From: Fidelibacterota bacterium
GTDB lineage: Bacteria > Fidelibacterota > Marinisomatia > SCGC-AAA003-L08 > D37C17
Length of the DNA stretch: 32,000 bases
NCBI GenBank assembly: GCA_014381415.1
Contig: JACNLQ010000032.1
Coordinates: 13,054 to 45,053, forward strand
Reading direction: 5' to 3'
The notes below the pieces were generated by a model that did not search any database, was not told the origin of the DNA, and saw nothing but the letters and a program-made list of their open reading frames with translations. The position numbers were made by a program, and so were the translations under genes. Shown one piece after another: positions 16,690 to 26,423 of this stretch. How positions within the stretch are numbered: position 1 is the first letter of the stretch; each line of letters opens with the position of its first letter.

Positions 16690-18321
16690 TCAAGTTTCAA
16701 TCGTTTGGCTTGTTTTTACGCAAATCTGTTCCACCACATTTCCCCGATTCAGTAGAAAGTCCGGATCAAGGGCGGCTTTTGTTTTTCTAATTTGTTCAGC
16801 AGCATCCTCACCATAACATTTCAAAAAGTCCGGGCGTTTGCGTTTTCCAGTACCATGCTCTGCAGAATAAACACCACCCAACTCAGCGGATTTTTCTACA
16901 ATCTGTTGATAAACTTCCAAGGCCTTTGGCTGCTGATCCTTGGAGGGTATCAAATGAAAATGCAGATGGCAATCCCCTAAATGACCAAACAGGAGATATT
17001 CAATTTCTGCAGTATGTAATATTGAATGAGTTACATCTAAAAATTCAGGAAAATTTTCTGGCGGTACAATAGTATCTGTCAAAATACTCCACGTATCCAA
17101 TTGACGTGTTTTCTCTAATGCATTTGCAGGTATGGAATGTCGTGCATCAAAAAATGTCTGCCAGTTTTGGGGAGTATTCAGCAAAATGACCCCTTCCTCA
17201 TGAATACCACAATTTGATTTTGTCAATATATTGAGCCAATCCTCGGCAACATCTTCCACCGTTTCGTTATAAAGGGGAACCTGCAGATAAATACCAACTT
17301 CAGAGTTGGAATTAAATAAGGTTTCCCGATGATTCATATAGGTTTGGCAATTATACCCAAAATATTCAAGGGCAGTAATTTGGGATAAATCCCCATTGAA
17401 ATGATTACTGATAAACTGATGAAATCGGACAGAATTTATTTCATTTGGTAGTGTGAAAAACAGGTCTAAAAATACATCCGGTATTTCTTTGAGTCGAAAC
17501 GTAGCAGATGTTATAAGTCCAAAAATACCCTCTGATCCTACCAAAAGGTCAACCAAATCCACCTGCCCGTTTTCATCTGAGAATGGTCCGCTGGCATTCT
17601 TAATATCTGGTCTGGGATAGGATGGTGGTTCCACTATTACTTCACCATCTGGAAAATCAAAAATGAACTCCCCATTCTCAGAAATATAATCTCCTCGATT
17701 ACAGGAAATTGTATATCCATTAGGCGTAAGAAATTCTAATCCTTCCGTCCAATAGCGTGTTGCTCCTGTAGGTCCCGGAATAAAACCAGAGGCATTACAT
17801 GAAAGCGTACCACCCACCATGGCTTCTTTCCGGCTGGTGGGATCCACCGGGTAATGCAATTTATTATTCGACTGTTTTAGTGCTTCCTTCCGCATGTCTT
17901 CCAGATAAATCCCTACGGGAGTGGTAAGTAATTCTGATTCAATATCAACCTTTACACTTGGCTGAGTCATTTTTTCAATTGAGAGGACTACCCCACCTTC
18001 GGGTGTAGCACTACCCGTTAAATTGGTTTGACCAGCCGAAATTGTCATTGGAATTTTAGCTTTTTGACAGCAGCGCAGAACCAGCGCACATTCCTGTTCA
18101 TTTCCCGGGCGACACAATACTTCTGCACTCCCGTTTATGTTGGAACTGTCCCGCTCATACCCATTCACAATATCTAAATCGGAGGTAATATCAATATGAA
18201 ATTCCAACGAGAGAAATTCTACCAAATCTGAGATAATTGGATTTTTATCCGCCCAATCTGAAATTTTCTCAACAACATCACTTTCTAAAATAGAATGAAT
18301 AGAAATCCGGTTATTGCTCAT
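16690..18321 (-). CDS. FAD-linked oxidase (PCMH-type FAD-binding domain; GlcD / D-lactate / D-2-hydroxyacid dehydrogenase-like)
   Basis: 543 aa. The FAD_binding_4-like region includes RPGNEQECALVLRCCQKAKIPMTISAGQTNLTGSATP and VGSEGIFGLITSATFRL. The C-terminal oxidase domain ends with SAEHGTGKRK. The substrate is unknown. Confidence 0.75.
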   Translation of the reverse strand: MSNNRISIHSILESDVVEKISDWADKNPIISDLVEFLSLEFHIDITSDLDIVNGYERDSSNINGSAEVLCRPGNEQECALVLRCCQKAKIPMTISAGQTNLTGSATPEGGVVLSIEKMTQPSVKVDIESELLTTPVGIYLEDMRKEALKQSNNKLHYPVDPTSRKEAMVGGTLSCNASGFIPGPTGATRYWTEGLEFLTPNGYTISCNRGDYISENGEFIFDFPDGEVIVEPPSYPRPDIKNASGPFSDENGQVDLVDLLVGSEGIFGLITSATFRLKEIPDVFLDLFFTLPNEINSVRFHQFISNHFNGDLSQITALEYFGYNCQTYMNHRETLFNSNSEVGIYLQVPLYNETVEDVAEDWLNILTKSNCGIHEEGVILLNTPQNWQTFFDARHSIPANALEKTRQLDTWSILTDTIVPPENFPEFLDVTHSILHTAEIEYLLFGHLGDCHLHFHLIPSKDQQPKALEVYQQIVEKSAELGGVYSAEHGTGKRKRPDFLKCYGEDAAEQIRKTKAALDPDFLLNRGNVVEQICVKTSQTIET

Positions 18322-18401
18322 ATAATTAATAATTCTTGAGTTTCAATTTTATCTAACTCTTACAGCCTGTTAAATTACTCCCCAATTAATAATTAATTTT
18401 A

Positions 18402-19571
18402 ATGAAACTTGACGGGCTTGATTATTTAGATTTATCCAGCCATTTATCAGAAAATGAAATAATGGTTCAGCAATCCACGCGAAAATTTGTGGATAAGGAA
18501 ATAATTCCCATTATTGATGAGCATTTTGAAAATGGAACCTTTCCTGATAGTCTCACACCCAAGATTGCAGATATGGGATTCTTTGGAATAACCCTTCCAA
18601 AGGAAAATGGCGGGGGTGGGATGAACAATATCGTTTATGGATTGGTCTGTCAGGAAATCGAACGAGGGGATTCTGGTATCCGCTCATTTATTTCCGTGCA
18701 GAGTTCTCTGGTCATGTATCCTATTCATGCTTTTGGCAGCGATAAACAAAGAGAAAAATGGCTGCCCCTATTAGCCCTGGGAGACGCAATCGGTAGTTTC
18801 GGTTTGACAGAACCAAATAGTGGTTCAGACCCCGGTAGCATGAAAACATCGGCAAAAAAAGTGGATGGTGGCTTTATACTCAACGGCACTAAAATGTGGA
18901 TCACAAATGGAAGTATTGCGGATATTTCTGTTGTCTGGGCAAAAACAGAAGGTGAGGTGGTACGGGGATTTCTAATTGAAAAAGGAATGAAAGGCTTTTC
19001 TGCTCCGGAGATGAAACATAAATGGTCCCTGAGGGCATCCATTACTTCAGAGCTTATATTACAGGATGTATTTGTACCGGAAGAAAACTTGCTGCCAGGC
19101 GTTGAAGGATTAAAAGGACCTCTCAGTTGTTTGAGTCAGGCGCGTTATGGAATTGGCTGGGGTGCAATTGGGTGTGCAATGGCAGTTTATGAAGCTTCCC
19201 TAAAATATGCCAAAGAACGCATTCAATTCCAAAAACCTATTGCCTCCTTTCAGCTGGTGCAGGAAAAACTGGTGTGGATGCTCAATGAAATTACCAAAGG
19301 TCAACTTCTGGCTTATCATGTGGGAAAAAACAAAGATTCCGGAACTGTTACCCCTCAGCAAATTTCCATGCTGAAACGCAATAATACCTGGGTGGCTCGT
19401 GAATGCGTTAAACTTGCCCGTGAACTCCACGGCGCCAATGGCATCTCCGGTGAATACCCCATCATACGGCATCTCATGAATATGGAATCAGTCTATACCT
19501 ACGAGGGCACATTCGAAATGCATACATTGATTTTAGGGCAGGATATTACCGAAATTCCGGCATTTAGATAA
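18402..19571 (+). CDS. gcdH: Glutaryl-CoA dehydrogenase (acyl-CoA dehydrogenase family)
   Basis: 389 aa. It shows long collinear similarity to GCDH as I recall it: SVQSSLVMYPI, GSFGLTEPNSGSDPGSM, LNGTKMWITNG, RGFLIEKGMKGFSAP, SLRAS, NARYGI-like (QARYGIGWG), MLKRNN, GGNGIS-like (GANGISGEY) and TYEGT. Confidence 0.85.
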   Translation: MKLDGLDYLDLSSHLSENEIMVQQSTRKFVDKEIIPIIDEHFENGTFPDSLTPKIADMGFFGITLPKENGGGGMNNIVYGLVCQEIERGDSGIRSFISVQSSLVMYPIHAFGSDKQREKWLPLLALGDAIGSFGLTEPNSGSDPGSMKTSAKKVDGGFILNGTKMWITNGSIADISVVWAKTEGEVVRGFLIEKGMKGFSAPEMKHKWSLRASITSELILQDVFVPEENLLPGVEGLKGPLSCLSQARYGIGWGAIGCAMAVYEASLKYAKERIQFQKPIASFQLVQEKLVWMLNEITKGQLLAYHVGKNKDSGTVTPQQISMLKRNNTWVARECVKLARELHGANGISGEYPIIRHLMNMESVYTYEGTFEMHTLILGQDITEIPAFR

Positions 19572-19630
19572 TACAAACTATTGGAAACTCCCTCATTAAA
19601 AATATTCAATTTGCATAATTCTTTGTCCAA

Positions 19631-21064
19631 ATGAAATTTGCTAATGAAATAACCAAGAATATTCTATTCTGGATTCAGCAAAAGCATTGGCTTATAATTA
19701 TTGCTATTTTAGGCACAGCAATGTACCAACTTCCCTATCCTGATGGAATTTCCCATGTGGGATACAGAACTTTAATTCTGAGTATCATTGTCATATCCCT
19801 CATCATTACCGAACCGGTACCCCTACCGGCTGTAGCCTTGCTCATCGCTGTTTTGGAAGTGGCATTTCATATTGCTCCTCCGGCGGAAGTTGCCAAAACC
19901 TATATGAATGATTCCGTCTTTTTTATTATGGGTTCGCTTATGATGGCGGTGGCAATTGTTCATCAAGGCTTGGATACACGATTGGCATTGGGAATAATCC
20001 GCCTTACGGGAAATAAAGTAAAAAATATCGTATTGGGATTCACCTGTATTTCTGCACTACTCTCATCCTTTATTGGAGAACATACCGTGGTAGCTATGAT
20101 GCTTCCGGTGGGACTTTCACTGGTGCGAAACTGTGGAAAGAACAAACCCATTCCCAACTTGACAGCGCTGATTCTATTCAGTATTGCCTATGGATCAACG
20201 GTGGGTAGCATCGGTACACCATCAGGCGGGGCGCGAAATGCCATCATGCTTGAATACTGGCGCACAATAACCGAAAGTGGGCTGACACTCTCCTATTTTC
20301 AGTGGATTATAATGGCATATCCCATGGTGATAATTGGAATGCTTAGCACAACCTTTCTCCTCCAACTGGCTTTCAAACCCGAATTCAACCGAATGGATAC
20401 GGCAATCCGCCGTCTGAAAATTCAGGTAGCGCAAAAAGGGGAAATCACCGGCAATGAATTTTTAACTATCCTTATTTTCGGTATTGTGTTTCTCTGCTGG
20501 ATTTTTCTCAATGAACGATATGGCTTGGGAATCATAGCAATTGGCGGTGCATTTTTGTACATGGCAACTGGATTAGTGGAATGGAAACAGGTAAGCCAAA
20601 ATACTAACTGGGGGGTAATTCTCCTTTTTGCCGGTGCTATTTCACTGGGTGTGCAGATGAAAAACACTGGCACAGCCCTATGGATTGGAAATTCACTCAT
20701 GAGCCTGTTTTCACCGCTGATTGACCAATTTACAATGATTCCATATATGCTGAATATTTTTCTCACGATGTTTTTATCAAATATTATGAGCTCCAGTGGG
20801 ACCGTGGCGGTGCTGGGTCCCATTACTTTAAGTATGGGAGGTGATCCTGCTTATATGGGAATGACTACTGCCATCTCATCAGCATTTGGTTATTTTTCTG
20901 CCATAGCAGCTCCTGCCTGTATGATCATTTATTCTTCAGGCTTAGTAAAAATGACTGATTTTCTGAAAGCAGGTTGGAGGATGGCCATAGTATCAACCAT
21001 TACCCTGCTGCTGATTTACAAATTTTATTGGCCTCTGGTCATCGGGTTTACAAATTTTAAATAA
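19631..21064 (+). CDS. SLC13/DASS-type (divalent anion:Na+ symporter-like) permease
   Basis: 477 aa, polytopic, with an internal two-fold arrangement of hydrophobic segments and hairpin-like motifs (GSIGTPSGGARN ... SNIMSSSGTVAV), as in DASS/ArsB-NhaD superfamily transporters. The substrate is not assignable. Confidence 0.65.
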   Translation: MKFANEITKNILFWIQQKHWLIIIAILGTAMYQLPYPDGISHVGYRTLILSIIVISLIITEPVPLPAVALLIAVLEVAFHIAPPAEVAKTYMNDSVFFIMGSLMMAVAIVHQGLDTRLALGIIRLTGNKVKNIVLGFTCISALLSSFIGEHTVVAMMLPVGLSLVRNCGKNKPIPNLTALILFSIAYGSTVGSIGTPSGGARNAIMLEYWRTITESGLTLSYFQWIIMAYPMVIIGMLSTTFLLQLAFKPEFNRMDTAIRRLKIQVAQKGEITGNEFLTILIFGIVFLCWIFLNERYGLGIIAIGGAFLYMATGLVEWKQVSQNTNWGVILLFAGAISLGVQMKNTGTALWIGNSLMSLFSPLIDQFTMIPYMLNIFLTMFLSNIMSSSGTVAVLGPITLSMGGDPAYMGMTTAISSAFGYFSAIAAPACMIIYSSGLVKMTDFLKAGWRMAIVSTITLLLIYKFYWPLVIGFTNFK

Positions 21065-21076
21065 GGAGTAATTATT

Positions 21077-21949
21077 ATGAAATTTCTCATAGCTCTTAAA
21101 AATAAAGCGGATGAATCTAAGAATATCCTTGAGATTGGCTGTAAAATAGCGGAAGGCTTTTCTGCCGATTTAACCATTTGTTATGTCGGAAAACCGTCCA
21201 AAGCGCTCATTGAGGGAGATGTTAATCTTGCCCGGAAAACTCTTTCTGAATGGAATATCCACCACCCCGGATTGGAAGTATTGGAATGGGCATTTAATAT
21301 TCTCAAAGAAAAAGGTTTCGCTCAGGACTCTGAATTTAATATTGAAAATTTAGTTGAAGACAAAGGGCGGATTCGAATGGTGCTTCCTAAAACAACCAAT
21401 TATCAAATTCGATTGGTACTTCGTGAAGGTGAACTTTTATCAGAACTGAATAAGGAAGTAAAACATGGTGAATTTGATATCGCCATTATTGGTTCTCCCA
21501 GAAGAAAACGCATGACTAATAAAATTACTCAGTTTTTAGATACAAGTATTTTCTTTGTGAAAAATTTCAAACCGGACTGGAATTATAAAATACTACTCTG
21601 CGTTGATGATTCCCGGGCAACCAAGCGGGCTGTCATTTTAAGTACTCGAATTTCAAAACAATTTGATGCTGGTATCATTTCACTTACTGTTAGCAAAACC
21701 TCATTTTTTGGAAAGGGTTACAGGAATGCTCATGTTTGGGCAGAGCGCTATTTAAAGCGGGTGGGAATCCCTTTTGAGTCTAAACTACTCAGCGGAAACC
21801 CGGTGGATGTTTTTGTGGGTGAATCAGGTGAGGATCATATAATTATTATGGGGAAAGCCAAAGGAAATGAAATTTTAAAATTTATAATGGGGAGCAAACC
21901 CATCCATACCGCCCAACGAGCCAACTGCCCGGTGTTATTGGTGAATTAA
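21077..21949 (+). CDS. Tandem universal stress protein (UspA family)
   Basis: 290 aa with two Usp-like halves. The C-terminal half ends with the typical G-x2-G...GS...ANCPVLLV signature. The gene starts 12 nt after the permease. Confidence 0.7.
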   Translation: MKFLIALKNKADESKNILEIGCKIAEGFSADLTICYVGKPSKALIEGDVNLARKTLSEWNIHHPGLEVLEWAFNILKEKGFAQDSEFNIENLVEDKGRIRMVLPKTTNYQIRLVLREGELLSELNKEVKHGEFDIAIIGSPRRKRMTNKITQFLDTSIFFVKNFKPDWNYKILLCVDDSRATKRAVILSTRISKQFDAGIISLTVSKTSFFGKGYRNAHVWAERYLKRVGIPFESKLLSGNPVDVFVGESGEDHIIIMGKAKGNEILKFIMGSKPIHTAQRANCPVLLVN

Positions 21950-21953
21950 CCAA

Positions 21954-22100
21954 CCCCTGTCATTCCCACGTGACGTCAAAAAACAACGGTGGCGGGCAGG
22001 CTGACGAAGGAAGAATCTCGATAGCTTGTTTTTTCTACCATCATCAGATTGAGACCCTTCATTTCGACAATGCTCAGCGTGAACTCTCCTCAGGGTGATA
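21954..22100. other. GC-rich ~150 bp intergenic island between convergent genes (possible miniature repeat element or structured RNA)
   Basis: The sequence is CCCCTGTCATTCCCACGTGACGTC...CGGTGGCGGGCAGGCTGACGAAGG...GACCCTTCATTTCGACAATGCTCAGCGTGAACTCTCCTCAGGGTGATAG. It is clearly richer in G+C than all the surrounding DNA. It contains overlapping palindromes CACGTG/TGACGTCA and a 9-bp inverted repeat, AAAAAACAA (21978-21986) with TTGTTTTTT (22026-22034). The boundaries are approximate. Confidence 0.4.
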
Positions 22101-22111
22101 GTTTAACATTA

Positions 22112-22444
22112 TCACTTTTCAGTCTGACAACTCCAGCAGATGTCAAAAGAACCGGGATTCATTTTTTTGCAATTAGTACACTCCCATTGGGTATTCTGGT
22201 CATCATCCCTCAGCATATTATCTTCGTAATCTTTAATAATTTTTACAGCTTCCTCAAATTGAACTTCATTCACCATAACTTTAACCTGAATCGCATCTAC
22301 AGGCAAACCCCCAATTCCTATGGATAGGCTTTCACCTTCTAATGAAACCTCAATACCGGACTGCTCCAACAATCCCTTGATTAAATGGGCTTCCGGGGCA
22401 TTGGCTGCTGTGTACAGAGTTTTATTCACCTGATTTTTTTCCAT
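22112..22444 (-). CDS. DUF2007-type small protein (PII-like fold, 'putative signal transducing protein') with a C-terminal CxxC...CxxC zinc ribbon
   Basis: 110 aa. YTAANAPEAHLIKGLLEQSGIEVSLEGE...VMV matches my recollection of DUF2007. The tail is WECTNCKKMNPGSFDICWSCQ. Confidence 0.6.
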   Translation of the reverse strand: MEKNQVNKTLYTAANAPEAHLIKGLLEQSGIEVSLEGESLSIGIGGLPVDAIQVKVMVNEVQFEEAVKIIKDYEDNMLRDDDQNTQWECTNCKKMNPGSFDICWSCQTEK

Positions 22445-22609
22445 TCATTTATAATTACTCTAGGGATGGGGTAGCTTTAAATATCTGGCTCATCTGATGC
22501 AGATTCAGCAAGGTGAAGGTAACAATTCCGAGAATGATTATTACCTATAATCTAAAAACGGTGGGATGATTATTGAACCTCAGATTTTCTGTGAAATTAT
22601 TTATCTTTT

Positions 22610-24247
22610 TCAATTGTGTTTATAAAATTCTACGGTTTCAGGATCTAATGGTGTGCTCCCCAAAATAGAGTCCGCAGCTTTTTCACCGATCATGAGCACG
22701 GGCGAATATATATTTCCGTTGGTTACGGTTGGCATAATAGAAGCGTCCACCACCCGTAGGCTCTCTAGGCCATGAACCTTCAAGTCAGTATCTACCACGC
22801 TCAGGTTATCTGTTCCCATTTTGCAGGTACCACTGAGATGATAAGCGGACTCTCCTTCCCTAGCGATAAAGTCCAGTATTTCTTCATCGGTTTGCACGTC
22901 ATTTCCCGGAGCAATTTCCTTGCCCCTGAATTCAGACATGGCATTGGTTTCAATAATCTTCCGTGTACAGCGGATAGCTTCACACCATTCCCTGCGGTCT
23001 TGCTCGGTAGAGAGATAATTGAATTTCAGGCTGGGGTATTCCTGTGGATTCGCCGATTTAATATTTATCTCCCCTCGCGCATCTGAGCTTACTGGTCCCA
23101 CATGAAGTTGAAACCCATGGCCTTCATTAGGGGCGGAACCATCATAACGGATAGCGATGGGCAGAAAGTGAAACTGTAGATTGGGATAGTCCACATCATC
23201 ATTACTGCGGATAAATCCTCCTGCTTCAAAATGGTTGGATGCACCAGTACCTTTGCGTCTGAATAACCAGTCGAATCCAATTTTCGGTGCCAGGAGGGGA
23301 TTCAGCATGGGGTAGAGACTTACCGGTTTCTTACATGCCCACTGCACATAGACTTCCAGGTGATCCTGAAGATTCTGACCCACTCCCGGAAGATCATGTA
23401 CCATATCAATACCTAATGTAGAGAGATGGTCTGGATTCCCAATTCCGGAGAGCTGTAGAAGCTGCGGTGAATTAATAGCACCACCACATGAAATAATTTC
23501 ATTGGCATAAATTCGTTCTCCACCAGAGCCCTTTTTTATTTCCACACCGATGGCTCTTTTGCCTTCTAATATTATTTTAGTTACCAGCTTCTTAGTTCTA
23601 ACAATGAGGTTTTTTCGTTGCTTTACCAGATGGATATAGGCTCGGGCTGCATTATAACGGCGGCTACGGTAAATGGTCTGATCAAATTTCCCAAAACCTT
23701 CTTGTTGATAGCCATTTACATCTGAGGTAAAAGGGTAACCCGCCTCTTGAACTGATTTAAAGAATGCATCAAATAATGGATTTTCACATTCCGGAGTAGT
23801 CAAATATAATGGTCCTTCATCACCATGGTAATCATCACCACCTTTGAGTCTCTGTTCCATTTTTTTAAAATAAGGTAAGCAATGGGCGTAATCCCAATTT
23901 TCCAGGCCATCATTACTTGCCCATTTTTGGTAATCCAGTGGATTCCCACGGATCCAGATCATACCATTGATACTGCTGGAACCGCCCAAAACTTTCCCTC
24001 GGGGATGGTATATCCGGCGATTGTTCATAAATGGTTCCGGGTCAGATTCATACCACCAATTATAGGTTTTACTTGTGAGGGGGTAGGTAAGTGCTGCCGG
24101 CATATGCAGTCGAAAGTCCCATTTATAATCTGGACGGCCTGCCTCCAATACCAATACTTCATTCGAAGGATCTGCACTCAATCGGTTGGCAAGGACGGAC
24201 CCAGCAGAGCCACCGCCGATGATTAGAAAATCAAATATTTTTTTCAA
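22610..24247 (-). CDS. betA: GMC family FAD oxidoreductase, choline dehydrogenase-like
   Basis: 545 aa. It has the N-terminal FDFLIIGGGSAGSVLANRLS...VLVLEAG fold, the GMC signature GKVLGGSSSINGMIW, and a C-terminal GTCKMG...VVDASIMP. The betA symbol is tentative because no betB, betI or betT is nearby. Confidence 0.75.
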   Translation of the reverse strand: MKKIFDFLIIGGGSAGSVLANRLSADPSNEVLVLEAGRPDYKWDFRLHMPAALTYPLTSKTYNWWYESDPEPFMNNRRIYHPRGKVLGGSSSINGMIWIRGNPLDYQKWASNDGLENWDYAHCLPYFKKMEQRLKGGDDYHGDEGPLYLTTPECENPLFDAFFKSVQEAGYPFTSDVNGYQQEGFGKFDQTIYRSRRYNAARAYIHLVKQRKNLIVRTKKLVTKIILEGKRAIGVEIKKGSGGERIYANEIISCGGAINSPQLLQLSGIGNPDHLSTLGIDMVHDLPGVGQNLQDHLEVYVQWACKKPVSLYPMLNPLLAPKIGFDWLFRRKGTGASNHFEAGGFIRSNDDVDYPNLQFHFLPIAIRYDGSAPNEGHGFQLHVGPVSSDARGEINIKSANPQEYPSLKFNYLSTEQDRREWCEAIRCTRKIIETNAMSEFRGKEIAPGNDVQTDEEILDFIAREGESAYHLSGTCKMGTDNLSVVDTDLKVHGLESLRVVDASIMPTVTNGNIYSPVLMIGEKAADSILGSTPLDPETVEFYKHN

Positions 24248-24365
24248 TTTAATAATTAATACAATCTAATTTTAATAATAATATTACATCTGTGACTAAT
24301 TGAAGGTATTATCTTTTAATTCCCCAAAAGAGAAATTCTATCAATTGGTTGAAATCTATTAATGG

Positions 24366-25157
24366 ATGGAAATAATTGAGGGAAAGTTAAATAGAAAAAT
24401 GGAATATTTTGATACTAAAAATTATGAATTCAACACCGAATGTAAGAATGGGGTTTATATCATCCATGGCTTTACCAATTCAACTTATGAAACCAGGGAA
24501 TTGGCTGAATATTTGGGAAACCAGGGATTTTATACACATGCAATAAACCTACCCGGTCATGGAACTACTCCTGAGGACTGTAATCGGGTAAAGATCACGG
24601 ACTGGTTAGAATTTACAGAACAAGGCGTAGCAGAAATGTCCGCACGCTGTGATAAAGTCTATGTTATCGGTATCAGCATGGGTTCAGTTTTAGCGCTCCA
24701 TTTAAGTTCTGTCTTTCCTCTGAATGGAGCTGTATTTGCATCAACAGTGCTAAAGTTTAAGGATTATTTTAGTACTCAAATTTTTACACCCATATTCCAT
24801 CGGTTGGTACCATATAGGGATAAACGATTATCATACAAAAAAAATGTTAGAGATAGCCTAAACTATTATGGGTATAAGGTATGGCCCTTATCTGCTTTAA
24901 ATGAAATGCGAAAACTCACCAATCAAGTGAAAAAGGAGCTTCACAAAATAAAATGTCCTGCATTGGTATTACATTCTGAAATAGATTTGTTGGCTCTGCA
25001 GGAAAATATTTCAATCGTGTATGATGGTATTTCATCAGATATAAAAGAAAAGTTCATAGTGAAACAGGCAAATCATAATCTGTTTATTACTAACCCTGAT
25101 CAAGATCTAATTTTTAAAAAAATCACCTCCTTCTTCAATCAACTTAGAAATAATTAA
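24366..25157 (+). CDS. Alpha/beta hydrolase (carboxylesterase / monoacylglycerol-lipase-like)
   Basis: 263 aa with HGFTNST...LPGHGT, the nucleophile elbow GISMGS and a late H (ANHNL). It resembles the Bacillus-type Est/YvaK esterases as I recall them. Confidence 0.75.
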   Translation: MEIIEGKLNRKMEYFDTKNYEFNTECKNGVYIIHGFTNSTYETRELAEYLGNQGFYTHAINLPGHGTTPEDCNRVKITDWLEFTEQGVAEMSARCDKVYVIGISMGSVLALHLSSVFPLNGAVFASTVLKFKDYFSTQIFTPIFHRLVPYRDKRLSYKKNVRDSLNYYGYKVWPLSALNEMRKLTNQVKKELHKIKCPALVLHSEIDLLALQENISIVYDGISSDIKEKFIVKQANHNLFITNPDQDLIFKKITSFFNQLRNN

Positions 25158-25172
25158 GACCTACCATTAAGA

Positions 25173-26423
25173 ATGCACATTTTAATTCTTGGCGCTGGAG
25201 TTATCGGAGTAACGACTGCCTATGAACTTCTGAAGAAAGGTCATGAGGTTTCTATAATTGACCGCCAGCCAGAACCTGCGATGGAGACCAGTTTTGGGAA
25301 TGCTGGACTAATCGCACCTGGGCATTCATATGCGTGGACTACTCCAAAATTACCAGGTAATTTGTTCAAATCCATTTATCAAAAAAAGAGGGCTTTCCGG
25401 TTTAAATTTCAATGGGACCCTGCAATGTGGTATTGGGGAATTAAATTTATCCGTCAATGTACAATTAAAAATATGACAGAAAATACTTTGAGGAAGCACA
25501 AACTAAGTAGCTATTCCCAGGTTTGTTTTCACCAACTGGTTGAAGAAACAAATATAAAATATCATGAAAACAAAAAAGGACTCATATATTTTTTCCGCAG
25601 TGAAGAATCGTTTTTTGAAGGAAAACAAAAACTGACTATGTTAAAACCGATGATGAGCAATCTCCAGATATTAAGTCGGGATGAACTATTACAAAAGGAG
25701 CCAGCCCTGTTAGAATCTCAATCAAATATTTTTGGTGGAATTTACTGCTCTTCAGATGAATCGGGAAGCTGTAGAGACTTTACACTTTCACTGGTTGATA
25801 TATGTAGGAAGATGGGGGCAAAATTCCATTTTAATACCAATGTACAGAGTATAAAAAATGATAATCAATTCGTCAACAGGATTGAAGCAGATAAAGGAAG
25901 CTTTCAAGCTGATCAATATGTTTTAGCATGCGCTGCCTTTAGTCCCATAATTGCAAAAATGGTAGGTGATTATCTGCCCATTTATCCGGTGAAGGGATAT
26001 TCTATAACAGTGCCAATTATTAATCATGAAAAGGTGCCCCTTCATAGCGGAATTGATGAAGATAACATGCTGGCATTTTCTCTTATGGGAGATTATCTCA
26101 GATTTACTTCTGTTGCTGAAATTTCCGGATATGATACCAGGCATAAACCTTCTGATTTTAAAGAGATTATTGATATAGCGAAATCCCTATTCCCCAGTGT
26201 CTGCGATTTTTCGAGAGTGGAATATTGGGCAGGTTTGCGCCCAATGACCCCCAATGGTGCACCAATCTTTGGTAAAGGTAGAATGGACAACCTCTTTTTC
26301 AATACGGGTCACGGACATTTAGGCTGGACCATGTGCTCTGGGTCAGCAAAAATTACTGCAAGTTTAATTGAAGGTCAAAAACCTGAATTAGATCTGGAAG
26401 GGATGACATTGGCAACAACATGA
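25173..26423 (+). CDS. dadA: D-amino acid dehydrogenase-like FAD oxidoreductase (DAO family)
   Basis: 416 aa. The N-terminus ILILGAGVIGVTTAYELLKKGHEVSIIDR is a dinucleotide fold, and the C-terminus is GLRPMTPNGAPIFG...NTGHGHLGWTM. Both are typical of DadA small-subunit homologues. Confidence 0.75.
   Translation: MHILILGAGVIGVTTAYELLKKGHEVSIIDRQPEPAMETSFGNAGLIAPGHSYAWTTPKLPGNLFKSIYQKKRAFRFKFQWDPAMWYWGIKFIRQCTIKNMTENTLRKHKLSSYSQVCFHQLVEETNIKYHENKKGLIYFFRSEESFFEGKQKLTMLKPMMSNLQILSRDELLQKEPALLESQSNIFGGIYCSSDESGSCRDFTLSLVDICRKMGAKFHFNTNVQSIKNDNQFVNRIEADKGSFQADQYVLACAAFSPIIAKMVGDYLPIYPVKGYSITVPIINHEKVPLHSGIDEDNMLAFSLMGDYLRFTSVAEISGYDTRHKPSDFKEIIDIAKSLFPSVCDFSRVEYWAGLRPMTPNGAPIFGKGRMDNLFFNTGHGHLGWTMCSGSAKITASLIEGQKPELDLEGMTLATT

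Noticed and set aside
22035-22060. Hammerhead-like core strings in the GC-rich island: CTGATGA on the minus strand near 22043-22049, and CTGACGA on the plus strand near 22001.
   Set aside because: There is no adjacent stem II hairpin followed by GAAA, and I could not build a three-way junction. The matches are short and expected by chance.
22445-22609. A 165-bp gap between betA-like and DUF2007 with a short direct repeat ATGATTATT (about 22536 and about 22566).
   Set aside because: The repeat is 9 bp in AT-rich DNA, which is expected by chance. I found no stable hairpin, conserved motif or ORF. The gap is most simply a weak terminator and promoter spacer.
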